Shown in pieces: positions 1 to 12,173 of a stretch of DNA of 64,000 bases (its first letter is position 1; each line of letters begins with the position of its first letter). The stretch is taken from NCBI GenBank assembly GCA_964016885.1, contig CAXHJY010000489.1:62001-126000 (forward strand). The letters are read 5' to 3'. The position numbers and the translations under genes were made by a program. The stretch is from Eledone cirrhosa. Lineage: Eukaryota. Below the pieces are notes generated by a model, which did no database searches, was not told where the DNA came from, and saw only the letters and a program-made list of their open reading frames with translations.

Positions 1-3000
1 TGTTAGCGTTTGCATTAGTTTTAGTGTTAGTGTCTCTGTTAGCGTTTGCATTAATTTTAATGTTAGTGTCTGTGTTAGCGTTTGCGTTATTGTCTGTGTT
101 AGTGTATGTGTTAGCGTTTGCATTAGTTTTAGTGTTAGTGTCTGTGTTAGCGTTTGCATTAGTTTTAGTGTTAGTGTCTGTGTTAGTGTTTGCATTTGTT
201 TTAGTGTTAGTGTCTGTGTTAGCGCTTGCATTAGTTTTAGTGTTAGTGTCTGTGTTAGCGTTTGCATTAGTTTTAGTGTTAGTGTCTGTGTTAGCGTTTG
301 CATTAGTTTTAGTGTTAGTGTCTGTTTTAGCGTTTGCGTTAGTGTCTGTGTTAGCGTTTGCATTAGTTTTAGTGTTAGTGTCTGTGTTAGCGTTTGCGTT
401 AGTGTCTGTGTTAGCGTTTGCATTAGGTTTTAGTGTTAGTGTCTGTGTTAGCGTTTTCGTTAGCATTTGGGTTAGCGTTTGCATTAGTTTTAGTGTTAGT
501 GTCTTTGTTAGCGTTTGCGTTAGCATTTGGGTCAGCGTTTGCATTAGTTTTAGTGTTAGTGTCTGTGTTAGCATTTGCATTAGTTTTAGTGTCTGTGTTA
601 GCGTTTTCATTAGTTTTAGTGTTAGGGTCTGTGTTAGCGTTTGCATTAGTTTTAGTGTTACTGTCTGTGTTAGCGTTTGCATTAGTTTTAGTGTTAGTGT
701 CTGTGTTAGCGTTTGCATTAGTTTTAGTGCTAGTGTCTCTGTTAGCGTTTGCATTAGTTTTAGTGTTATTGTCTGTGTTAGCATTTCCATTAGTTTTATT
801 GTTAGTGTCTGTGTTAGCGTTTGCATTAGTTTTAGTGTTAGTGTCTGTGTTAGCGTTTGCATTTGTTTTAGTGTTAGTGTGTGTGTTAGCGTTTGCATTT
901 GTTTTAGTGTTAGTGTCTGTGTTAGCGTTTGCATTAATTTTAGTGTTAGTGCCTGTGTTAGCATTTGCGTTAATTTTAGTGTTAGTGTCTGCATTAGTTT
1001 TAGTGTTACTGTCTGTGTTAGCGTTTGCATTAGTTTTAATGTTAGTGTCTGAGTTAGCGTTTGCATTAGTTTTAGTGTATGTGTTAGCATTGGCATTAGT
1101 TTTATTGTTAGTGTCTTTGTTAGCATTTGCATTAGTTTTATTGTTAGTGTCTGTGTTAGCGTTTGCATTAGTTTTAGTGTTAGTGTCTGTGTTAGCGTTT
1201 GCGTTAGTGTCTGTGTTAGCGTGTGTGTTAGCGTTTGCATTAGTTTTAGTGTTAGTGTTAGCGTTTGCATTAGTTTTAGTGCTAGTGTCTCTCTTAGCGT
1301 TTGCATTAGTTTTAGTGTTATTGTCTGTGTTAGCATTTTCATTAGTTTTAGTGTTAGTGTCTGTGTTAGCGTTTGCATTAATTTTAGAGTCTGTGTTAGC
1401 GTTTTCATTAATTTTAGTGTTCGTGTCTGTGTTAGCGTTTGCATTAGTTTTAATGTTAGTGTCTGAGTTAGCGTTTGCATTAGTTTTAGTGCTATTGTCT
1501 GTGTTAGTGTTTGCATTAGTTTTAGTTTTAGTGTCTGTGTTAGCGTTTGCATTAGTTTTAGTGTCTGTATTATCGTTTGCATTAGTTTTAGTGTTAGTGT
1601 CTGTTTTAGCGTTTGCATTAGTTTTAGTGTTAGTGTCTGCGTTTGCGTTAGCGTTTGCATTAGTTTTAGTGTTATTGTCTGTGTTAGCGTTTGCATTAGT
1701 TTTAGTGTCTGTGTTAGCGTTTTCATTAGTTTTAGTGTTAGTGTCTGTGTTAGCGTTTGCATTAGTGTCTGTGTTAGTGTCTGTGTTAGCGTTTGCATTA
1801 GTTTTAGTGTTAGTGTTAGCGTTTGCATTAGTTTTAGTGCTAGTGTCTCTGTTAGCGTTTGCATTAGTTTTAATGTTAGTGTCTGTGTTAGCATTTGCAT
1901 TAGTTTTAGTGTCTGTGTTAGCGTTTTCATTAGTTTTAGTGTTAGTGTCTGTGTTAGCGTTTGCATTAGTTTTAATGTTAGTGTCTCTGTTAGCGTTTGC
2001 ATTAGTTTTAGTGATAGTGTCTGTGTTAGGTGTCTGTGTTAGGTGTCTGTGTTTGCATTATTTTTAGTTCTAGTGTCTCTGTTAGCGTTTGCATTTGTTT
2101 TAGTGTTATTGTCTGTGTTAGCATTTCCATTAGTTTTATTGTTAGTGTCTGTGTTAGCGTTTGCATTATTTTTAGTATTAGTGTCTGTGTTAGCGTTTGC
2201 ATTAGTTTTAGTGTTAGTGTGTGTTAGCGTTTGCATTAGTTTTAGTGTTAGTGTTAGCGTTTGCATTAATTTTAGTGTTAGTGTCTGTGTTAGCGTTTGC
2301 ATTAGTTTTAGTGTTAGTGTCTATGTTAGCGTTTGCATTAGTTTTAGTGTTAGTTACTGTGTTAGCGTTTGCATTAGTTTTATTGTTAGTTTCTGTGTTA
2401 GCGTTTGCATTAGTTTTAGTGTTAGTGTCTGTGTTAGCGTTTGCGTTAGTGTCTGTGTTAGCGTGAGTGTTAGCGTTTGCATTAGTTTTAGTGTTAGTGT
2501 TAGCGTTTGCATTAGTTTTAGTGCTAGTGTCTCTGTTAGCGTTTGCATTAGTCTTAGTGTTATTGTCTGTGTTAGCATTTTCTTTAGTTTTAGTGTTAGT
2601 GTCTGTGTTAGCGTTTGCATTAGTTTTAGAGTCTGTGTTAGCGTTTTCATTAATTTTAGTGTTCGTGTCTGTGTTAGCGTTTGCATTAGTTTTAATGTTA
2701 GTGTCTGAGTTAGCGTTTGCATTAGTTTTAGTGCTATTGTCTGTGTTAGTGTTTGCATTAGTTTTAGTTTTAGTGTCTGTGTTAGCGTTTGCATTAGTTT
2801 TAGTGTCTGTATTATCGTTTGCATTAGTTTTAGTGTTAGTGTCTGTGTTAGCGTTTGCATTAGTTTTAGTGTTAGTGTCTGCGTTTGCGTTAGCGTTTGC
2901 ATTAGTTTTAGTGTTATTGTCTGTGTTAGCGTTTGCATTAGTTTTAGTGTCTGTGTTAGCGTTTTCATTAGTTTTAGTGTTAGTGTCTGTGTTAGCGTTT

Positions 3001-3745
3001 GCATTAGTGTCTGTGTTAGTGTCTGTGTTAGCGTTTGCATTAGTTTTAGTGTTAGTGTTAGCGTTTGCATTAGTTTTAGTGCTAGTGTCTCTGTTAGCGT
3101 TTGCATTAGTTTTAATGTTAGTGTCTGTGTTAGCATTTGCATTAGTTTTAGTGTCTGTGTTAGCGTTTTCATTAGTTTTAGTGTTAGTGTCTGTGTTAGC
3201 GTTTGCATTAGTTTTAATGTTAGTGTCTCTGTTAGCGTTTGCATTAGTTTTAGTGTTAGTGTGTGTTAGCGTTTGCATTAGTTTTAGTGTCTGTGTTAGC
3301 GTTTGCATTAGTTTTAGTGTTAGTGTCTGTGTTAGCGTTTGCATTAGTTTTAGTGTTAGTTACTGTGTTAGCGTTTGCATTAGTTTTAGTGTTAGTGTCT
3401 GTGTTAGCGTTTGCATTAGTTTTAGTGTTAGTGTCTGTGTTAGCATTTGCATTAGTTTTAGTGTTAGTGTCTGTGTTAGCATTTGCATTAGTTTTAGTGT
3501 TAGTGTCTGTGTTAGCATTTGCATTAGTTTTAGTGTTACTGTCTGTGTTAGCGTTTGCATTAGTTTTAGTGTTTGTGTCTTTGTTAGCGTTTGCATTAAT
3601 TTTAGTGTTAGTGTCTGTGTTAACGTTTGCATTAGTTTTAGTGTTAGTGTCTGTGTTAACGTTTGCATTAGTTTTAGTGTTAGTGTCTGTGATAGCGTTT
3701 GCATTAGTTTTAGTGTTAGTGTCAGCTTTAGCGTTAGTTTTTTAA
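1..3745. repeat. Satellite array, 36-bp consensus GTTAGC-GTTTGC-ATTAGT-TTTAGT-GTTAGT-GTCTGT built from hexamers; runs off the window start
   Basis: Tandem periodicity is directly visible; units gain or lose whole hexamers; all long ORFs here are low-complexity readouts. Confidence 0.97.
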
Positions 3746-3833
3746 GGTGAGTATTAGTGCTAGTATTTATTTATTTTGCTGTTTATTGTTAGTTTTCTCG
3801 TTAATATTATTATTAGTGTACAGGTGAGTGTTC

Positions 3834-3948
3834 GGGTTAAGGTTAAGGTTAGGGTTAAGCTTACGGTTAGGGTTATGATTAGGGTTAAGGTTAAGGTTAG
3901 GGTTAAGGTTAGGGTTAAGGTTAGGGTTAAGGTTTGGGTTAAGGTTAG
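3834..3948 (+). repeat. Degenerate telomere-like array of mixed TTAGGG/TTAAGG
   Basis: ggttaaggttagggttaaggttagggttaagg... read directly. Confidence 0.85.
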
Positions 3949-4132
3949 TGAACCGGTTAGTGTTCAGATTAGTGTTAGTCTTCAGGTTATCGTTAGTGTT
4001 AGTTTTCTCTTTAGTGTTGGTGTTCCTGTTAGCTTTTGTGTTACTGTAAGTGTTTTATTTTGGGGCTTGCTTTTAGTTAACAGTTAGGTTTGCTGCTTTC
4101 CATGTAAAAAAGTTGATTCTTTCTAACTTAAT

Positions 4133-4440
4133 TGGTGTGGTGTAGTATGGTATAGTATAGTGTGGTGTGGTATAGTATAGTGTTTCGTAGTGTGGTGTGG
4201 TATAATATAGTGTTTCATAGTGTGGTATGGTATAGTGCGGTATAGTGTAGTGTGGTGTGATGCGGTATGGTATAGTGTTTCATACTGGTGTGGTGTGGTA
4301 TGATATGGTATAGTGTTTCATAGTGTGGTGTGGTATGGTATAGCGTTTCATAGTGTGGTGTGGCATAGTGTTTCATAGTGTGGTGTGGTGTGGTATGGTA
4401 TAGTGTTTTGTAGTATGGTGTGGTGTAGTGTGGCATAGTT
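4133..4440. repeat. Pentamer-based simple repeat (GTGTG/GTATA/GTATG)
   Basis: Direct inspection. Confidence 0.9.
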
Positions 4441-4484
4441 TGATTATAATAATGGGTTCTGAGTTGGGCACAAGGCCAGTTTAA

Positions 4485-4683
4485 TAATAATAATGGTTTC
4501 TAATTTTTTGGCACAAGGCCAGTAAATACCCCAGTGCATTACTGGTACTTTATTTTATCGATCCCGTAAGGATAAAAGGCAAAGTTAACCTCGGCGGGAT
4601 TTGAACTCAGAATGTAAAGGACCATAACTATGCTGTGATGCATGTTGTCTGATGCTCTACCAATTCTACCAATCCACCAGCCT
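4485..4683 (-). mobile_element. tRNA-derived SINE family 1 (central Nin/Deu-like domain, AAT tail)
   Basis: Minus strand: A-box-like tggtagaattgg, B-box gagttcaaatcc, body gttaactttgcctt..tcgataaaataaagtaccag; recurs at 15.4, 55.1, 56.5, 58.4 and 62.5 kb. Confidence 0.85.
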
Positions 4684-4684
4684 T

Positions 4685-4724
<40 letters not shown>

Positions 4725-4773
4725 GTAATAATAATAACAATAATAATAGTAACAATAATAATAATTGTGCTTG

Positions 4774-4817
4774 TTAATCTTCTTTATCTTCTTCTGTGCC
4801 TTTGTCTTCTCTTCCAT
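4774..4817 (-). pseudogene. Putative terminal exon, phase-1 reading DGREDKGTEEDKED*
   Basis: Acceptor ttttgtattcag|ATGG; exon start and intron flank are homologous to 5249-5430. Confidence 0.5.
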
Positions 4818-4959
4818 CTGAATACAAAAAAAAAAGGAATGTAAAAAATATATGTTGCCTATCTCTTGGACTTTACGAAGTGCTGAGGGGATAAAGTTAA
4901 TTTAAAAAGCAGTGTGCTCATGCACTGTGATCCTATCTAAACATATCTATAGGTCATTA

Positions 4960-5210
4960 CGTTACGTTACAGCTTACACCTATACCGATTTAGCTGGCCT
5001 CATCCAAGGTATATCTCGTTGGAGGTGTCTTGGGTAATTTAATGATAGGGACCCCAGTCCTATCATCTCATTTCTACAGCTGAGTAAGCTGGAGCAACGT
5101 GAAATAAAGTGTCTTGCTCAAGGAAAGAACACATCACCCGGTCCGAGAATTGAACTCACAACCTTTCGATTGCAAGCCCAATGCTCTAACCACTAAGCCA
5201 TGTGCCTTCA
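4960..5210 (-). mobile_element. tRNA-derived SINE family 2, (GTAAC)n-tail variant, with a 13-bp TSD
   Basis: A-box tggcttagtgg, B-box gagttcaattc, CORE-like ccttgagcaagacacttt; TSD ctataggtcatta (4947-4959) / ctataggacatta (5211-5223). Confidence 0.85.
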
Positions 5211-5248
5211 CTATAGGACATTAGGTTAAGATTAAACTGAAATCATAC

Positions 5249-5337
5249 CTTTGTCTTCTTTGTCTTTACTTTCTTCATCTTTGATTTCCTTGTCTTCGTT
5301 TTTGTCGTTGCTTTATCTTCTTTTTCTTCTCTTCCAT
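5249..5337 (-). pseudogene. Exon-like segment coding a D/E/K-rich peptide with an apparent 1-nt frameshift
   Basis: Acceptor tttttatatttag|ATGG and donor AAG|gtatga; 89 bp; DGREEKEDK continues as DKNEDKEIKDEESKDKEDK in a shifted frame. Confidence 0.55.
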
Positions 5338-5437
5338 CTAAATATAAAAAAATTGTAAACAAATATATATGTAGCTGATCTCTCAGACTTTCACGAAGTG
5401 CTGAGGAGATAAAGTTAATATAAAGAGTGGTGGGCTC

Positions 5438-5502
<65 letters not shown>

Positions 5503-5968
5503 AAACAAAAACAATAACGAAGAGTGCAGTACAGAGTGTTAGTATTAGGAGTGGGGGGGTACGTTTCAGACATAAACCCTTCATCAGGAGAAAAGTGGGA
5601 AGGAAAGGAGTTTCGAGGGTGTGAGGGGGAGTGGTGGAAAGACATTAAAAGGGGGGGGGGGGGTTAAAAAGAGGGTAAAAAAATTAAAATAAAACAAGTG
5701 GTGAAAGGGTGTGAGGCACACACACATATATATATATATATATGGTATGGTATAGCATGGTGTCATGTGGTGTGTGATACAGCATGGTGTGATATGGTGT
5801 GGTATGATGTGGTGGTGGAGACAACGTTAGATAAATGTTAACAATACACATGTAGCATCCACATGTCATTAAGTTAAGACAGGTGTAATCGTATCTATAG
5901 GTCATTAATGTAAGACAGGTGTGGCCCTATCTATATGTCGTTAGTTTAAAACTACACTGAGATCATAC

Positions 5969-6049
5969 CTTAAAATGATACTCAATGAGGTGTTTAATTT
6001 CTCAGATCCTTTGAAATAACTTCCTTTCTCTTATTGTAACTGGACACAC
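5969..6049 (-). pseudogene. 81-bp exon-like segment, stops in all three frames
   Basis: Acceptor tttctgttttctattttgcag|G and donor AAG|gtatga; downstream intron resembles that of the 5249 exon. Confidence 0.45.
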
Positions 6050-6084
6050 CTGCAAAATAGAAAACAGAAATGTTAGAGTGGACA

Positions 6085-6435
6085 ATGGTATGCTGTAGTA
6101 TGGTGTAATGTGGTGTAGTGTGGTGCAGGGTTATGTAGTGTGGTGTAGTGTGGTGTAATGTAGTGGAGTGTAGTATAGTAGAGAGTGGTGTGGTGTAGGG
6201 GACAGTGGTGTGGTGTAGTGTAGTAGGGTTTGGTGTGGTGCAGTGGATAGTGGTGGGGTGTAGTGTAGAAGAATGTGGTGTAGTGGAGTGTGGTGTAATG
6301 TATTGGAGTGTAGTATAGTGGACAGTGGTGTGGTGTAGTGTGGGTGTAATGTAGTGGAGTGTAGTAAAGTGGATAGTGGTGTGGTGTAGAGGACAGTGGT
6401 GTGGTGTAGTGTAGTAGGGTTTGGTGTGGTGTAGT
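6085..6435. repeat. GTGTG/GTGTA pentamer repeat with an internal duplication
   Basis: Direct inspection. Confidence 0.85.
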
Positions 6436-6438
6436 GCC

Positions 6439-7362
6439 ATGTGCTATCAACTAATCCAACCTCCAAGATGCTTAAAACTGACTTTTCTCTGCAGGAAAAC
6501 GGTGGAGTGAGTTGAGATGGTTCCCTGTTCACCCAGATAACCCCTTCTTACTCAGAATTTTCTCTACGATGCTATTTTCATGAGTTATCAGTGAATATGA
6601 CTTCTAAACCAGTTAAAAACAACTAGCTTTTGAGAAAAAGGAGAGGGAAGGGGGAAGGCTTTTGCAGATCTACACCCCATTCACAAGTTGTGGGACATAA
6701 TTATTTTCGGTATTTTTCTAATCTGACCTAGATGCTTCTAAACAACTTATTTCCCTGGGTTAGGTTTAGGGTAACGTTTAGGGTTTAGTTTAAGAGTTTG
6801 GATAAAGTTTACATTTTAGTTTTATGGTTGGGGTAAAGTTTAAGGGTTTGGGGTAAAATTTAGGGTTTAGTTATAGGGTTGGGTAAAGTTTAGGGTTTAG
6901 TTTTATGGTTGGGGTAATGTTTAGGCTTTAGTTTAAGGGTTGGGGTTGTGTTTATATTTATATTTAGCTTGGTTGTGGTTAGATTTAGAGTTTAAGGTTG
7001 GGGCTAAATTTAATTTTAATTTAGTTTTAGTCTTAGCACTAGGGTTTCCGAATCCCAGGAAGAAAAGTTGATTCATAGAAACTAACAGTTCAGATTAGTT
7101 GATAGCACACAAAAGAGAACCGAAGAAAAATCACTAGGGTGTATATCTACAAAACGACAATGTCTTTCCATCCCCTTTACCCCTCCTTTCTCTAGAACAA
7201 CTAGTCGTTTCCAACTGGTGTCGAGGTCATATTCGTTGATAACATACAAAAAATCTTAGAGAAAACTCCAGAGTTAAATGAGAGAAGCGCATCCACCTTA
7301 GTTTTCCAGGAAGAGAAAGTCAATAGCAAGCATCTTGGAGTTAGGATTAGTTGATAGCACAT
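6439..7362. mobile_element. Foldback/MITE-like element: diverged ~230-bp inverted arms around a telomere-like core
   Basis: Left arm atgtgctatcaactaatccaacctccaagatgc...; right arm ...gcatcttggagttaggattagttgatagcacat; similarity spans about 6439-6678 and 7135-7362. Confidence 0.75.
6757..7045 (+). repeat. Degenerate TTTAGGG/TTGGGG telomere-like minisatellite
   Basis: Repeating ggggtaaagtttagggtttagtt.. Confidence 0.75.
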
Positions 7363-7389
7363 GAATAAAAAGAGGAAAAAATGTTGGGT

Positions 7390-7580
7390 GTTATGTGGTG
7401 TGGTATAGTCTTCTCCCTTGGTGAGGTGTAGTATAGTGTGGTGCGGTGTGGTGAGGTGTAGTGTAGTGTAGTGTAGTGTAGTGTGGTGTGGTGTGGTGTG
7501 GTGTGGTGTGGTGTGGTGTGGTGTGGTGTGGTGTGGTGTGGTGTGGTGTGGTGTGCTGTGCTGTGTTGTGTTGTGTTATT
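7390..7580. repeat. (GTGTG)n/(GTGTA)n microsatellite
   Basis: Direct inspection. Confidence 0.95.
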
Positions 7581-7821
7581 ATGCAAGCACCTTTGATGTC
7601 ACATTAGGTGGTAACCGCAATAAAAAACAAGTAAATTTGTCACTTTCATGTCAATACCATGGTGTAATGTAAATGGTAGAAGTAGGTGTTCTGCTATAAA
7701 TTTACAATGATATGATATAGTATGGTATGGTCTGTTTTGTTATAATGTGTTTCCATATAAAGTAAGGACTTTAATTTCCACTTTGATTTAAGTCAGAAAA
7801 AAAAATTTTCTTTGTTTTTCT

Positions 7822-8020
7822 ATGTGTTATCAACTAATCCAACCATCAACATACTCGCAGTAGACTATACTTTAGCATGTTAACAAATATGACTCCCACT
7901 CCAATAAAAAATGACTAGATTTGTGAATGGTATTTCCACCCACTTTCGCTCTCTTTTTTCTACAAAGCTAGTCATTTTCGATAGGTTTCAAAGTCATATT
8001 CATTGATAATATGTGCAAAA
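7822..8020. mobile_element. Shorter decayed relative of the 6439-7362 foldback element
   Basis: Starts atgtgttatcaactaatccaacc; internal aatatgact..gactag / ctagtc..agtcatatt inverted pair. Confidence 0.5.
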
Positions 8021-8339
8021 AATAGTCAATTGTGAGCACCTTTAATGTCAGATTGGGTGGTAAGCACACACAAAATAAAAAATTATGTATGTGGTGTAGT
8101 TTTGTAAGGTTTAGTGTAGTTTGTTATGGTTTGGTGTAGTTATAACATGGAAAGCTATCATAAATTTACCAGGGTATGGTATAATCTGGTTTATTGTTGT
8201 GTAGGTTAGTGTGGTGTGTTGTGCTGTGTTATTGTGTTGCATTGTGATTCTCTTTAAATTAAAATCATTATCTTCTATATCTTAAAGAGTGACCTTAAAT
8301 ATAATTGCAATCAACTTTCTTCCTTGACTAATATTTGAT

Positions 8340-9425
8340 TTAGGGTTAGTGTTAGGCTAAGATTTACTGTTAATGGTAAGTTTATTATTAGTGACTGTGT
8401 TACTGTTAGCGTTATTGTTAGCATTACTGTTAGTGTTACTGTAACTGTTATTTCTAGCGTCACTGTTTGCGTCAGTGTTAGCATTTGAATAAGCTTCTAT
8501 GTAAACTTTTGTGTTAGTGTCTATGTAGAGTCTCTGTTAGCATCTGCGTCAGTGTTTGCATTAGTGTCAACATTTGTGTCAGCGTCTGCATTTGTGATAG
8601 TGATTGCGTCAGCATTTCCCTTAGCGCCTGTGTCAGCATTTGCGTTTGTTTCAGTGTCTGCGTCTACGTCAGCGTTTGCTTCTGAGTCAGCGTTATCATT
8701 ACCATACACGTTATCATTTGCATTCGAGTTTGCATCAGCGTTTGCGTCAGCTTCCACGTAAGCATTTGCACTAGAGTTTACGTCAGCGTCTGTTTGCGTT
8801 TGCGTAGGCGTTAGCATTAGCTTTTGTGTTTGCGACATTTCCTTCAGTATCTGTGTCACCGCCTGTCAGCGTTTGCGTTAGCGTCAGTATTTACGTCTGC
8901 CTCAGCATTTGCATCAGCGTTAGCTTTTGCATTAGTGTCTGCGTCAGTGTTTCCATTAGCGACTGTCAGCGTTTCCATTACCATCTGCGTCAGTGCTTCC
9001 ATTAGCATCTGCATCAGTGTTTGCGTTAGCGTCTGCATCAGTTTCCGTTCGCATCTGCGTCAGCGTTCCTATTAGCGTCTGCGTCAGCGTTTACCTTAGC
9101 AACTGCGTCAGCGTTTACATTAACGTCTGCGTCAGCGTTTACAATAACGTCTACGTCAGCGTTTCCGTTAGCATTAGCGTTTCCATCAACCTTTCCTGTG
9201 TCGTCCGCATCATTGCAGCATCTACATCAACAATTGCTTTGGGTCAGCATTTGCGTCAGCGTTAACGTTAGCTTTTGCTTTAGCGATCCGCATCAGCATT
9301 TGCCTTAGCGGCAACAATTGCGGCAGCACCAGCAAAACTTCCTCATCATTTGCGACAGCTTTTGCTTTAGCTTTAGCAATCCGCATCTGCATTTGCGTTG
9401 TAGATCAGCTTCGGCGGTAAGGGTA
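8340..9425. repeat. Old degenerate hexamer satellite (TTAGTG grading to GTCAGC/GTTTGC)
   Basis: Hexamer periodicity; begins with tagggttagtgttagg. Confidence 0.8.
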
Positions 9426-9426
9426 A

Positions 9427-9627
9427 ATGTTAACTTCTACGTCAGCATCTACGTTAACAACTACGTCAGCGTTTAAGTTAACTTCTACGTCAGCGTTTAA
9501 GTTAGCTTCTACGTCAGCGTTTAAGTTAGCTTCTACGTCAGCCTTTAAGTTAGCTTCTACGTCAGCGTTTAAGTTAGCTTCTACGTCAGCACTTAAGTTA
9601 GCTTCTACGTCAGCATTTAAGTTAGCG
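9427..9627. repeat. 24-bp minisatellite (gttagcttctacgtcagcgtttaa), about 8 copies
   Basis: Direct inspection; reads as LASTSAFK repeats. Confidence 0.92.
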
Positions 9628-11780
9628 TCTGAGGACCAGAAACAGGAGGTGTTCAAGATTGCGAGGCAGTGTGTCAGAGAGAATTGTGATGTCATTGGAG
9701 AGAAGTGTATCCGGAATGATAAAGGTGAGCTTGCCTTCATAAGTGCTGAGAAGAAAGATGCATGGACGAGCCATTATGATAGATTACTAAATGAGGAGAA
9801 TGCATGGGAAGAAGAGACCCTACTCCAAGTAGACCATATAGAGAGGCCAGCAGTACAAGTCAGCAGCAGCGTAGTAAGTAAGGCAATCAAAGATATGAAA
9901 ATGGGGAGGGCAACCGGTCCATCGGGTATAGCTGCCAAGATGCTGAAGGCATCTGGGTCTGTAGGTCACACTATAACCACACATATTGTTAACCAGGTAA
10001 TACTAGGTGTCATACCAAAAGATTGGTGCAGTAGCATCATTGTCAACTGCTACAAAGGTAAAGGTGATGCACTAGATAGAGGAAACTATAGAGGTATAAA
10101 GCTGATGGACCAGGTCATGAAAGTAACAGAAAGAGTTATAGCACAGTTAATTAGGGACCGGGTGAAACTAGATGAGATGCAATTTCGGTTTGTACCAGGA
10201 AGAGGGACCACTGATGCCCTCTTCCTTGTGAGGCAGTTACAGGAAAAGTACCTAGCTAAAAGTAAGCCACTCTACCTGGCATTCGTCGATCTCGAGAAAG
10301 CCTTTGACAGAGTTTCACGTGCTATAATCTGGTGGGCTCTTAGAAAACTAGGAGTAAATGAATGGCTTGTGAAAGCTGAACAAGCCATGTATAAAGGAGC
10401 AGTCACCAAAGTTAGGATTAGCAATGAGTATAGCGAGGAATTTAGCGTACAGGTCGGTGTCCACCATGGCTCTGTTCTTAACCCTCTCCTGTTCATCATA
10501 GTCCTGCAGGCAATAACGGAGGAGTTTAAGACCGGATGCCCATGGGAACTCCTGTATGCAGATGACCTCGCACTTATAGCTGAATCTATGGTAGAACTAG
10601 AGAAGAAATTCCAAACTTGGAAGAAAGGGTCTCAAAGTCAACCTGACAAAGACTAAGGTCCTTGTAAGTAGACGAGAAAACAGAACCCAGATCCTCTCAG
10701 GGAAATGGCCTTGCTCAGTATGTAGGAAAGGTGTAGGTAGGAACTCCATTCTCTGTCCCAAATGCAAACAATGGGTACACAAGAGATGTAGCGGGATCTC
10801 AGGAAGCTTAATTAAGAATGTAGGCTTCACATGTAGCAGCTGTGCTGAGACAGCAAGCAGCAAACAGCCACAGGAAACAAGTACCACCAATCTCTGGGAG
10901 GGCTCTGTAGAAACAGTAGACAGCTTCTGCTACCTAGGTAACTGAATTAGCAGCAGAGGTGGGTGTTCAGAAAGTACAATAACTAGGGTAAGAACGGGAT
11001 GGAAGAAGTTCAGGGAGCTACTGCCACTGCTAGCTACAAAAGGCTTTTCCCTCAAAATGAAAGGCAGACTGTATGATGCATGTATACGAACAGCAATGTT
11101 ACATGGTAGTGAGACCGGGCGCTGAAGGTGGAAGACTTACGTAGATTAGAAAGAAACGAAGCCTGCATGCTCCAATGGATGTGTAATAGTAATATATGCG
11201 AACCGCAAAGCATAAATAAATTGAGAGAGAGACTGAGCATAAGAGGAATCAAATGCTGTGTGCAGGAGAGGCGGTTGCGTTGGTATGGACATGTGATGCG
11301 TATGAAGGATGACAGTTGCATAAAAAGGTGCAGAGCCGTAGAAGTCAATGGAAACCGCGGAGTGGGGAGACCCAGCAAGACCTGGTATGAGGTGATAAAA
11401 GCTGACCTTACCCAATTACACCTCTCAACCGTGACCTCTGGCGTCACACAGTAATACAGAGTACCCGACCTCCCGAAGCTGAAGCATATAGACAATATGC
11501 CCCCACACCCTCCCACTGCAAAGTGGTCGTGGAGGTGCCACGGCAAAAAAGCACCCAGCCCACACTGTAAAGTGGACATGTAGGCGCCACGGAAAAAAAG
11601 CACCCAGCACTCACTGTAAATGAGGTTGTTGTTAGGAAGGGCATCCAGCTGTAGAAATCAAGCCAAAATCAGCCCCTGTATGAGTAAGGCATGGTCAGCC
11701 GACCAGACACTGCCCACAACAGGACAACCCGTCTAACCCATGCTAGCATGGAAGAACGGACGTAAAATGATGATGATGAT
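9628..11780 (+). mobile_element. 5'-truncated RTE-clade LINE (family A), defective RT plus 3' UTR and (ATG)n tail
   Basis: NYRGIKLM, AFVDLEKAFDRV, GVHHGSVLNPLLF, LLYADD; frameshift near 10620; RRLRWYGHVMRM. Confidence 0.95.
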
Positions 11781-11785
11781 ATATA

Positions 11786-11935
11786 CATATATTGTTATAC
11801 TTGGGGAGGGTCATATTGTAATGATATTGCCAGAAATAATAACAGAACACACTCACTGTTTGGTTGGTTTTCGCTTCTGTATCTTTTATATCTCACAGTT
11901 AATTCATTTGGTCCTCAATGTTTATCATTGACTGA
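11786..11935 (+). mobile_element. Fragment of a TATATTGTTATACTT-ended MITE family
   Basis: Similar to 28560-28695 and to the arms of 53692-54061. Confidence 0.65.
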
Positions 11936-12023
11936 CCAACGGTCAAAAATACAGATATAAACACACACACACACATATATATATATATATGGAAAGTTAT
12001 ATTTAAATTGTTGGGTTACATTG

Positions 12024-12089
12024 TATTTTTTCTGAAGAAGGCATAACATATTGTTAATATGATATCCCTGAAATATATATAATGAAATA
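12024..12089 (+). ncRNA. Type I hammerhead ribozyme
   Basis: tatttttt CTGAAGA agg..cct GAAA tatata TA atgaaata; one mismatch in stem I. Confidence 0.75.
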
Positions 12090-12129
12090 AATATGGTTTT
12101 ATAAATATAGTTTCCATTTATTTAATATC

Positions 12130-12173
<44 letters not shown>

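Noticed and set aside
24-3750. Long hydrophobic or T/N/K/A-rich ORFs
   Set aside because: Stop-free readouts of a hexamer satellite, with frame changes at indels; no evidence of coding
3834-3948. True telomere or chromosome fusion site
   Set aside because: Short, degenerate, single orientation and embedded in satellite
5994-6532. His/Thr/Tyr-rich ORFs
   Set aside because: Pentamer microsatellite readouts
9427-10656. 409-aa repeat-RT fusion protein
   Set aside because: A 5'-truncated RTE landed in frame with a 24-bp minisatellite; non-ATG start and downstream frameshift
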